Below are positions 49,795-57,566 of a stretch of 64,000 nt of DNA, piece by piece (positions within the stretch are counted from its first letter, which is position 1; every line of letters begins with the position of its first letter). The notes beneath the pieces were generated by a model. The model was not told where the DNA came from and did not search any database. It was given only the letters and a program-made list of their open reading frames with translations. Source of the stretch: Flavobacteriaceae bacterium (GTDB lineage: Bacteria; Bacteroidota; Bacteroidia; Flavobacteriales; Flavobacteriaceae); contig CBFHOG010000005.1 in the NCBI GenBank assembly GCA_965657545.1, positions 6,628 to 70,627 of the forward strand, given 5' to 3'. Both the position numbers and the translations under genes were made by a program.

Positions 49795-50424
49795 ATGCAA
49801 TCCAAACTTCAACAAGCTGTTGCTTCTGGACTTGCACTTCCGTTAATGGAGGCTTTTTATACCATTCAGGGTGAGGGATACCACAAAGGCAGCGCAGCAT
49901 TTTTTATTCGCATTGGTGGCTGTGATGTAGGGTGTCATTGGTGTGATGTAAAAGAAAGTTGGGATGCTAATCTACACCCACCAACCTATATTGACGAAAT
50001 TGTTGCGCAAGCAAAACAATATTCGGATACCGTTGTGGTCACGGGAGGCGAGCCACTGATGTGGAATATGGCACCACTTACAGAAGCCTTACAAGCAGCG
50101 GGTATGAAAACACATATTGAAACGTCGGGTGCGTATTCACTATCTGGTATTTGGGATTGGGTTTGCCTCTCGCCTAAAAAGCGTATGCTACCAAAACCCG
50201 AGATTTACAAAGCTGCAGATGAGTTAAAAGTTATTGTATATAACAAAGACGACTTGCAATTTGCCGAAAAACAAGCTGTTGGAATTTCAAAAAAGTGTAA
50301 ACTATACTTACAACCAGAGTGGAGTAGAAGGGATAGTGCCATTCCAATGATTGTAGATTATGTACTAAAAAATCCCAAGTGGATGGCATCGTTGCAAACG
50401 CACAAATACCTAAAAATCCCATAG
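49795..50424 (+). CDS. queE: radical-SAM 7-carboxy-7-deazaguanine synthase (QueE-like)
   Basis: A 209-aa protein with ...EAFYTIQGEG...FIRIGGCDVGCHWCD (CxxxCxxC cluster) and ...TGGEPL.... Confidence 0.8.
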   Translation: MQSKLQQAVASGLALPLMEAFYTIQGEGYHKGSAAFFIRIGGCDVGCHWCDVKESWDANLHPPTYIDEIVAQAKQYSDTVVVTGGEPLMWNMAPLTEALQAAGMKTHIETSGAYSLSGIWDWVCLSPKKRMLPKPEIYKAADELKVIVYNKDDLQFAEKQAVGISKKCKLYLQPEWSRRDSAIPMIVDYVLKNPKWMASLQTHKYLKIP

Positions 50425-50915
50425 TGATAGATCCCCAAAAACTGCCCGAACAAGCAGCGAAAGTCGCGCAGGAAAACGTCAAATATTTAAAAAAGCTAAA
50501 GGTACGCAAGCCAAAAAAGTTGGATGCAGTGATGACAAAGCTGCACAATGAAACCTTCGCAAAAATAGACTGCCTAAACTGTGCCAATTGCTGTAAAACC
50601 ACAGGACCTCTCTTTTTGCCCTCAGACATTAAGCGCATCAGTAAACGACTTCGCATGAAGCCATCCGAATTCGAGGTTACATACTTGCGTATTGATGAAG
50701 ATAATGACAAGGTACTTCAGCAAGTACCCTGTTCGTTTTTAGGTGCAGATAACCATTGTAGTATTTACGAAGACCGCCCTAAAGCCTGCCGAGAATTTCC
50801 TCATACCGACAGACCAAAATTGCATCAAATCACAGCTATTACCGCTAAAAATGTAGCGGTATGTCCTGCTGTTTACGATATCGTGGAGCGATTAAAATCT
50901 GAACTCCCGCTATAG
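50379..50915 (+). CDS. YkgJ/UPF0153-family Cys-cluster (Fe-S/Zn-binding) protein
   Basis: Motifs CLNCANCCKTTGP and PCSFLGADNHCSIYEDRPKACREFP. The ATG at 50379 overlaps queE by 46 nt. An in-frame GTG at 50424 overlapping the queE stop by 1 nt is an alternative start. Confidence 0.7.
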   Translation: MDGIVANAQIPKNPIVIDPQKLPEQAAKVAQENVKYLKKLKVRKPKKLDAVMTKLHNETFAKIDCLNCANCCKTTGPLFLPSDIKRISKRLRMKPSEFEVTYLRIDEDNDKVLQQVPCSFLGADNHCSIYEDRPKACREFPHTDRPKLHQITAITAKNVAVCPAVYDIVERLKSELPL

Positions 50916-50962
50916 TTCCATACTGAAAATATACCTTACATTTAGACTTTAAAAACCCATTA

Positions 50963-52189
50963 GTGCGCTTTACTTGGTTTATAGCTCGAAGAATTATTGG
51001 TCAGCGTTCGCATCGCAGCAGCGTTTCGGGTCCCATTATTACCATTGGCATTATTGCCATTGCGTTGGGGGTAATTACCATGCTTATTGCTATTGGAACT
51101 GGTGTGGGATTACAACATAAAATCGGGCAAAAAGTAGCTGCTTTTAGTGGTCATGTTCGCGTTACCACGCTAGAAAATAGCCAACGTTTAGAAACACTTA
51201 AGCCTTTAGAAAACGCATCCGAAATTCGCAATACCTTATTGCAGCAGTCTAACGTATATGCTTCGCAGTCAGTGGCTTATGTCCCTGGTGTCATCCTAAA
51301 CCAAAATGCTTTTGACGGTATTGTTTTTAAGGGTATAGATGATTCTTTTAACTCCAAATTTTTCAGCTTTTTTGGGAATTCAGAAAAAGTTTCAGCACTT
51401 GGAGCGCAAGACATATGGATTTCTACAGCATTGGCAAATAAACTAGCCTTATCTATTGGCGATCGTGTTTCGCTATATTTTGCATCTGAAGAAACAGCAA
51501 TGCCCAAACGCCGTAGTTGCAATGTGGTAGGGCTTTTTACCACGGGTTTCTCAGACTATGACAATACCTACGTGCTTGGGCATCTGGACGTGGTGCGTTC
51601 ATTGTATGGTTGGGATAACAATCAAGTGGGTGCTTTTGAACTTTTTTTAAATGACAGCTCCGAACTTTCTGCCCAATCCGATATACTTTACGACAGTATA
51701 GATGCATTGGTAGATGTACAACATATAGAGGAACAATTTCCCGAAATTTTTAATTGGATCCGCTTGTTTGGAACCAATATCTCTTTGATTATCATTATAA
51801 TGATTATTGTTGGTGGAGTGAATATGATTACCGCTTTGTTGGTGCTTATTTTGGAGCAAACGCAACTCATTGGGATAACTCGTGTTATGGGCGCAGCCGT
51901 ACGTTCGCTGCAACAACTTTTTCTGATTCAAGGTGGATATTTGATAGGAGTTGGGCTTTTTTGGGGAAATCTCATCGGACTTGGATTACTGTTTATTCAA
52001 AAACAAACAGGTATTATTTCCTTAGACCCTGCTACCTATTACGTAAAAGAAGTACCTGTTTATATGGATGTTACTACAGTATTATGGCTCAATGGGCTTA
52101 CGTTGTTCATCTGCCTTGCCTTACTGGTTTTACCTTCACTTATTATTGCCCGTATCACGCCAACGCAAGCACTTAAAATAAATCCGTAG
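50963..52189 (+). CDS. FtsX/LolE-like ABC-transporter permease
   Basis: A 408-aa protein with an N-terminal TM helix, a large periplasmic loop and a C-terminal FtsX-type three-TM bundle (...LILEQTQLIGITRVMGA...). GTG start as in the ORF track. Confidence 0.7.
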   Translation: MRFTWFIARRIIGQRSHRSSVSGPIITIGIIAIALGVITMLIAIGTGVGLQHKIGQKVAAFSGHVRVTTLENSQRLETLKPLENASEIRNTLLQQSNVYASQSVAYVPGVILNQNAFDGIVFKGIDDSFNSKFFSFFGNSEKVSALGAQDIWISTALANKLALSIGDRVSLYFASEETAMPKRRSCNVVGLFTTGFSDYDNTYVLGHLDVVRSLYGWDNNQVGAFELFLNDSSELSAQSDILYDSIDALVDVQHIEEQFPEIFNWIRLFGTNISLIIIIMIIVGGVNMITALLVLILEQTQLIGITRVMGAAVRSLQQLFLIQGGYLIGVGLFWGNLIGLGLLFIQKQTGIISLDPATYYVKEVPVYMDVTTVLWLNGLTLFICLALLVLPSLIIARITPTQALKINP

Positions 52190-52191
52190 CA

Positions 52192-52222
52192 TTGGTTAAC
52201 GCTAGTGCATTACTTACCTTTG
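52192..52222 (+). promoter_or_regulatory. candidate promoter (TTG-N20-TACCTTTG) placing the TSS at or next to the ATG of the PLP-enzyme gene
   Basis: TACCTTTG (52215-52222) is an exact TAnnTTTG match, followed by TGAC and then ATG (52227). A TTG lies at 52192-52194. Confidence 0.35.
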
Positions 52223-52226
52223 TGAC

Positions 52227-53204
52227 ATGCATTATGTAGAAAACATTCTTAAAACGATTGGCAATACGCCCCTAATCAAGCTCAATAAAATCACGGCCGA
52301 AATAGACGCTTTGGTGTTAGCTAAAGTGGAATATTTTAACCCTGGCAGCTCTGTAAAAGACCGCATGGCACTCAAAATGGTGGAAGACGCCGAAGCCGAT
52401 GGACGTCTAAAACCTGGAGGCACCATTGTGGAAGGAACGTCTGGAAACACTGGGATGGGATTGGCGTTAGCAGCCATTGTAAAAGGCTATAAGTTGATTT
52501 GTGTTTCTACCGATAAGCAATCCAAAGAAAAATTTGATATCCTGCGTGCTGTGGGGGCGGAGGTTATTGTATGCCCAACAAATGTAGCACCAGACGATCC
52601 ACGGTCGTATTATTCTACCTCTAAACGTATTGCCGAAGAAACACCCAATGCGTGGTATGTTAACCAGTATGACAACCCCTCAAATGCCGTTGCGCATTAC
52701 GAACAAACAGGCCCTGAGATTTGGGAACAAACCGATGGCAAGATCACACATTTTGTAGTGGGTGTAGGAACAGGTGGTACCATTTCGGGTGTTGCCAAAT
52801 ACCTAAAAGAGAAAAACCCGGATATTAAAATTTGGGGGATTGATACCTATGGCTCTGTATTTAAGAAATACCACGAAACGGGTATTTTTGACGAGAAAGA
52901 AATTTACCCTTACATCACGGAAGGGATAGGAGAGGATATTCTACCTGAAAATGTGGACTTTAAGCTTATTGATGCTTTTGAAAAAGTAACGGATAAAGAC
53001 GCTGCGGTATATACGCGAAAGCTGGCGCGTGAAGAGGGTATTTTTGCTGGAAACTCTTGTGGTGCTGCCGTTAAGGGTGTGCTCCAACTAAAAAAGCACT
53101 TCGGGCCAGACGATGTGGTGGTGGTATTGTTACACGATTCGGGTAGCCGTTATGTGGGTAAAATGTATAACGACGACTGGATGAAAGAAAAAGGGTTCTT
53201 GTAA
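52227..53204 (+). CDS. PLP-dependent cysteine synthase / cystathionine beta-synthase family enzyme (no CBS-pair domain)
   Basis: ...NPGSSVKDRMAL (PLP lysine context), GTSGNTGMGLA and GVGTGGTISG; 325 aa. Confidence 0.8.
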   Translation: MHYVENILKTIGNTPLIKLNKITAEIDALVLAKVEYFNPGSSVKDRMALKMVEDAEADGRLKPGGTIVEGTSGNTGMGLALAAIVKGYKLICVSTDKQSKEKFDILRAVGAEVIVCPTNVAPDDPRSYYSTSKRIAEETPNAWYVNQYDNPSNAVAHYEQTGPEIWEQTDGKITHFVVGVGTGGTISGVAKYLKEKNPDIKIWGIDTYGSVFKKYHETGIFDEKEIYPYITEGIGEDILPENVDFKLIDAFEKVTDKDAAVYTRKLAREEGIFAGNSCGAAVKGVLQLKKHFGPDDVVVVLLHDSGSRYVGKMYNDDWMKEKGFL

Positions 53205-53244
53205 TAATAGCTATTCAAACAAGCCATATTAATAAAAAAGGATA

Positions 53245-54573
53245 CTACCGCATAACCTTGGTTGGGAAAACCACCGGGCTTTCGTGGCCGTCAGTTCCAA
53301 CGGCAGCTACTCCAAACATATAATTATCAATGACAATTCCTTTTAAAGTGGTTTGGGTGTTCATACCAACAAACATGCTATTGTCCCACGTAGGGGATGT
53401 GGTGTCTCTCCAATAGACCTTGTATCCACGGAGGTTTTCAGAAATTGAGGGGCTCCATTGCAATTGGGTGTCTGGTTCAACCACACCACCAATAGCAAGC
53501 TCTTTGGGTGCTGCAGGTGCCCACGCCAAAGATGCTAATGTGATGGCATTTAGTGCGGTTAATTTGGCAGTATAGGCTGCGTTTACGCCAGATAATATAT
53601 CACCATAGGCAATGCCGTTTTCGGTTCTAATATCTTGATGCTGCCGGTTGTAGTTTTCATGCGCTTCCATGATGCGAATACCAGCAAAACCAACGTCGTT
53701 AAATGGGCGGTGATGGCCGCCTCTGCCAAAGCGGTCCAAGCGGTAAATCAACATGGGATTCATTTCCGGCATATAGGTTTTAGTAGTCGTATATACATAC
53801 CGTGCCAATTGCCTAGAAATACCATCTACCTCGCCTCCATAAAAGCGGCGTTGCTTGCGCTCACGTTCTGTTTCTGTAGGGGGTGTGGGTTCAGAGAAAA
53901 TACGAAAACTACGGTTGTCAATCACACCATCAATACCTTCAATATTTCCAATCATATCATTGTTGAGTACACCAATAATTTCCCACTTGTTATCAAGTGC
54001 ATATTGCGCCAAACCTTTTCCGCCATATAATCCTTGTTCTTCTCCAGAAAGACCTACATAAATAATGCTGTTTTCAAAGCTATACTTCGTTAATACCCGC
54101 GCCGCTTCAATGGCACCTGCCATCCCTGTGGCATTGTCATTTGCCCCCGGTGAATCCGAACTAAAGTTATTGGGATCGCTAACGCGCGAATCAATATCAC
54201 CACTCATAATAACATAACGGTTTGGATGTTTGGTGCCTCTTTGAATAGCCACAATATTATTGATCCAAACGCCTCGAGTAAGACGCGATCCGTCTGCGTC
54301 AAAATAGTTTTTTTGCTCAAAAACTTCAAGACAGTTTCCGCAGTCTGCACTTATTTTCTCAAACGATTTTTTAATCCATCTTCTTGCTGCTCCGATGCCT
54401 CTTGTTTGTGAAACGGTATCGCTAAGGGTGTGTCTTGTGCCAAAATTAGCAAGTGTTTCTACATCATTTATGATACGCGTTGCTGACACTGCATTTACTA
54501 TATCATACATACGCAAATCTTGTTGCCCAAAGGCAAGGCTAACGCTAAAAAGAATGAAGCAAATGCGATACAT
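53245..54573 (-). CDS. M28-family metallopeptidase with C-terminal fibronectin-III-like domain
   Basis: Signal peptide MYRICFILFSVSLAFGQQ. M28 motifs GANDNATGMAG and LSGEEQGLYG. C-terminal ...LQWSPSISENLRGYKVYWRDTTSP... Start set at 54573 to avoid overlap with the upstream stop; 54585 is possible. Confidence 0.8.
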   Translation of the reverse strand: MYRICFILFSVSLAFGQQDLRMYDIVNAVSATRIINDVETLANFGTRHTLSDTVSQTRGIGAARRWIKKSFEKISADCGNCLEVFEQKNYFDADGSRLTRGVWINNIVAIQRGTKHPNRYVIMSGDIDSRVSDPNNFSSDSPGANDNATGMAGAIEAARVLTKYSFENSIIYVGLSGEEQGLYGGKGLAQYALDNKWEIIGVLNNDMIGNIEGIDGVIDNRSFRIFSEPTPPTETERERKQRRFYGGEVDGISRQLARYVYTTTKTYMPEMNPMLIYRLDRFGRGGHHRPFNDVGFAGIRIMEAHENYNRQHQDIRTENGIAYGDILSGVNAAYTAKLTALNAITLASLAWAPAAPKELAIGGVVEPDTQLQWSPSISENLRGYKVYWRDTTSPTWDNSMFVGMNTQTTLKGIVIDNYMFGVAAVGTDGHESPVVFPTKVMR

Positions 54574-54574
54574 T

Positions 54575-56377
54575 TTAAAAATCATAACTATTATTTTCAG
54601 CCACCTTATCGGCTACTTTATTACGTAATGCAATGACGTTAGGGTATTCAAAATACTTTGTGTAGCGCTTTAGTCCCATTAACAAAGCTTTTTGCTCGTC
54701 GCCTTCAGCAAATCCAAGAATGGCTTCACGTCCTTTTGCTGTGATTTTTTCTGTAGCTTGGTACAAATACAATTGACTCATAGCCACTTGGTAGGCTTGC
54801 GCCTCAGCACCATAAATACCTACATTTTTCTCAGCACGCAAAACGGCAGATTCTGCCATATAAATTTCAATGAGGATATCAGCCACCGCCAATAATAATT
54901 GTTGGTGCTCCTCCAATTCAGTTCCGTATTTCTGTACGCCAGCTCCTGCAATCATCAAAAATACTTTTTTCAGATTCTTAAGTACGTGTTTTTCTTGACT
55001 TAGTGGAGCTGAAAAATCAGGAATAGCAAAATCGGGAATACCCAGTAATTCCTCGCCAACAGCTGTGGCAGGACCAATCAAATCCAACTGTCCTTTCATG
55101 GCTTTTTTAATCAGCATGCCAACGCTTAGCATACGATTGATTTCATTTGTTCCTTCGTAAATACGTGCAATTCGCGCATCGCGCCAGGCCGTTTCCATGG
55201 GTGCGTCTGCTGAAAAGCCCATACCCCCAAAAATCTGTACGCCCTCATCGGCAGTGCTTTGCATATGCTCCGAACACGCCACTTTTAAAATAGAACACTC
55301 AATAACGTATTCTTCTACTCCTTTAAGTTCTGCTTCCTGATGGTTATTTCCCGCAGCATCACGAATGGCAATGCGGTCTTCAATGTCTTTTGCCGCGCGG
55401 TAACATGCCGATTCGCCCGCATATAAATTTGTAGCCATGGTAGCTAATTTTTGTTTGATAGCACCAAATTTAGCAATAGGCGTCTTAAACTGCACGCGCT
55501 GATTGGCATAGGAAATAGCTTCGTTTATGGTACGGCGTTGTCCATCTAATGTAGCAACCGCCAACTTGATACGCCCAACGTTTAAGGCATTCATGGCAAT
55601 TTTAAACCCATTCCCCCGCTCTGAAAGCATGTTTTCAACAGGTACTTTGGTGTCGCTAAAAAAGACCTGTCTGGTAGAGGAGGCATGAATGCCAAGCTTC
55701 TTTTCTTCTTCGCCCATGCTAATGCCATTTTCTGGATCATTAGGCACTATAAATCCTGTGATGTTCTTGTCGTCTTCAATACGAGCAAAAACAATCATTA
55801 AATCAGCATAGCCAGCATTCGAAATCCATATTTTCTGTCCCGAAATAAGGTAGTGTGAACCGTCTTCTGAAAGTACAGCTTTAGTTTTTCCGCTATTCGC
55901 ATCTGAACCTGCAGTAGGCTCTGTCAAGCAATAACATCCAATCCATTCTCCCGATGCTAGTTTGGGCACATATTTGTTCTTTTGCTCTTCGTTTCCATAC
56001 AGTACAATAGGCATGGTGCCAATTCCAGTATGCGCACCAAATGCCGTGGACAATGAACCTGATGCGCCGGACATATATTCGCATACTAACATGGTATCTA
56101 CAAAGCCCATTCCCAATCCGCCGTAGGCTTCGGGAACGCTAACACCCAAAAAGCCCATTTCGCCAATTTTACGCATGAGTTCGAAAGTGTAGTCATAATC
56201 TTTGCTTTCGAAACGCTCGCGTGCTGGCCATACATCTCGGTCAACAAACTCCTGAACGGCTTCACGCATCATGCGCTGCTCTTCGTTAAATTCTTCTGGG
56301 GTAAATACATCTGCGGCTTGCGTTTCTTGTAAAATAAACGCACCTCCTCTTGTTAGTTTTCGTTCTATTGTTTCCAT
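54575..56377 (-). CDS. long (about 600 aa) acyl-CoA dehydrogenase, FadE (B. subtilis YusJ)-like
   Basis: ACAD motifs ...CLTEPTAGSDA... and ...QIFGGMGF... with an extended C-terminal domain. Follows the thiolase gene. Confidence 0.85.
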   Translation of the reverse strand: METIERKLTRGGAFILQETQAADVFTPEEFNEEQRMMREAVQEFVDRDVWPARERFESKDYDYTFELMRKIGEMGFLGVSVPEAYGGLGMGFVDTMLVCEYMSGASGSLSTAFGAHTGIGTMPIVLYGNEEQKNKYVPKLASGEWIGCYCLTEPTAGSDANSGKTKAVLSEDGSHYLISGQKIWISNAGYADLMIVFARIEDDKNITGFIVPNDPENGISMGEEEKKLGIHASSTRQVFFSDTKVPVENMLSERGNGFKIAMNALNVGRIKLAVATLDGQRRTINEAISYANQRVQFKTPIAKFGAIKQKLATMATNLYAGESACYRAAKDIEDRIAIRDAAGNNHQEAELKGVEEYVIECSILKVACSEHMQSTADEGVQIFGGMGFSADAPMETAWRDARIARIYEGTNEINRMLSVGMLIKKAMKGQLDLIGPATAVGEELLGIPDFAIPDFSAPLSQEKHVLKNLKKVFLMIAGAGVQKYGTELEEHQQLLLAVADILIEIYMAESAVLRAEKNVGIYGAEAQAYQVAMSQLYLYQATEKITAKGREAILGFAEGDEQKALLMGLKRYTKYFEYPNVIALRNKVADKVAENNSYDF

Positions 56378-56385
56378 AGCTTTAT

Positions 56386-57564
56386 TTATAATCGTTCAAA
56401 AATTCCTGCGGCACCTTGTCCTGTACCCACACACATGGTTACCATGCCGTATTTGTTATTTCTCTTTTTCATTTCGTCAAAAAGCTGCACCGAAAGCTTC
56501 GTTCCCGTACACCCTAGTGGATGTCCAAGAGCAATTGCGCCACCATTTACGTTAATGATATCTGGATTTAATCCCAATGTTCTTATAACAGCCAGCGACT
56601 GTGAAGCAAAGGCTTCGTTTAGCTCAAATAGCTCTATATCTTCTTGTTTCATTCCCGCTTGTTTCAGCGCTTTTGGAATAGCAGCTATTGGTCCAATTCC
56701 CATAATACGTGGCGGAACGCCTGCAGCGGCATAGCTCACCATTCGGGCAATGGGTGTAACCCCCAATTCTTTTACCATGTCTTCGCTCATCACCAAAACC
56801 ATAGCAGCACCGTCGCTTGTTTGCGACGCATTTCCAGCTGTAACAGAACCGCCATCTGCAAAAACGGGACGTAATTTAGCCAGTCTTTCTATAGCGGTAT
56901 CGGCGCGCGGGCCCTCATCGGTATCCACCACATAGTTTCGTGTTTTTTTGGTGTTGCCTTCGAGATAAGTTTCTTCAATATTTATGGGAACAATTTGGTC
57001 TTTAAATGCACCACTTTCAATGGCTTTTAGTGCTTTTTGATGCGATGCATAGGAAAAGGCGTCTTGATCTTCGCGAGAGATTTGGTATTCTTTGGCTACC
57101 GCTTCGGCAGTAAGTCCCATGCCCCAATAGTAATCTTCTTTTCCTTTTTTTACGATTTCATAATCCGGAACGGGCTTATATCCACCAAACGGAATAAAAC
57201 TCATACTTTCCGATCCACCTGCAATAATGCATTCTGCCATTCCTGATTGAATTTTGGCAGTTGCCATTGCAATCGTTTCTAGGCCAGAGGCACAGTATCG
57301 ATTAACGGTTACGCCAGGAACTTCATCGGTTTCTAGGCCCATTAGCGATATGAGTCGCGCCATATTTAAGCCTTGTTCGGCCTCGGGCATGGCGTTTCCA
57401 ACAATCACATCGTCTATGCGTTTTTTATCTAATTCTGGAATAGAGCTCATAAGATGTGCAACGGTTTCTGCTGCGAGTTCGTCTGGTCGCTTAAAGCGAA
57501 ATAGACCTCGTGGTGCTTTACCAACTGCGGTACGATAGGCTCGAACGATATATGCGGTTTTCAT
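56386..57564 (-). CDS. acetyl-CoA C-acyltransferase (3-ketoacyl-CoA thiolase)
   Basis: A 392-aa protein with the active-site contexts VNRYCASGL, NEAFA and GGAIALGHPLGCTG. Confidence 0.92.
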   Translation of the reverse strand: MKTAYIVRAYRTAVGKAPRGLFRFKRPDELAAETVAHLMSSIPELDKKRIDDVIVGNAMPEAEQGLNMARLISLMGLETDEVPGVTVNRYCASGLETIAMATAKIQSGMAECIIAGGSESMSFIPFGGYKPVPDYEIVKKGKEDYYWGMGLTAEAVAKEYQISREDQDAFSYASHQKALKAIESGAFKDQIVPINIEETYLEGNTKKTRNYVVDTDEGPRADTAIERLAKLRPVFADGGSVTAGNASQTSDGAAMVLVMSEDMVKELGVTPIARMVSYAAAGVPPRIMGIGPIAAIPKALKQAGMKQEDIELFELNEAFASQSLAVIRTLGLNPDIINVNGGAIALGHPLGCTGTKLSVQLFDEMKKRNNKYGMVTMCVGTGQGAAGIFERL

Positions 57565-57566
57565 AA

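Noticed and set aside
50231-50710. A 159-aa minus-strand ORF spanning the queE/ykgJ junction.
   Set aside because: It is antisense to two ORFs with clear family motifs, and its Ser/Phe/Leu-rich composition is typical of reverse-frame translation.
51754-52176. A 140-aa alternate-frame ORF inside the FtsX/LolE-like permease gene (also 51277-51543 and 51647-51931 on the minus strand).
   Set aside because: It sits in an overlapping frame of a well-supported membrane protein gene, and its Trp/Tyr/Cys-rich composition is implausible.
53205-53244. The AATAGCTATT palindrome between the convergent PLP-enzyme and M28 genes, considered as a terminator.
   Set aside because: It is a 10-bp AT-rich palindrome with no loop or adjacent T-tract, so it is not convincing as a hairpin terminator.
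53635-54030. Plus-strand ORFs (131 aa, 68 aa, 61 aa, 77 aa) antisense to the M28 peptidase gene.
   Set aside because: These are shadow ORFs within a gene that has clear M28 metal-binding motifs.
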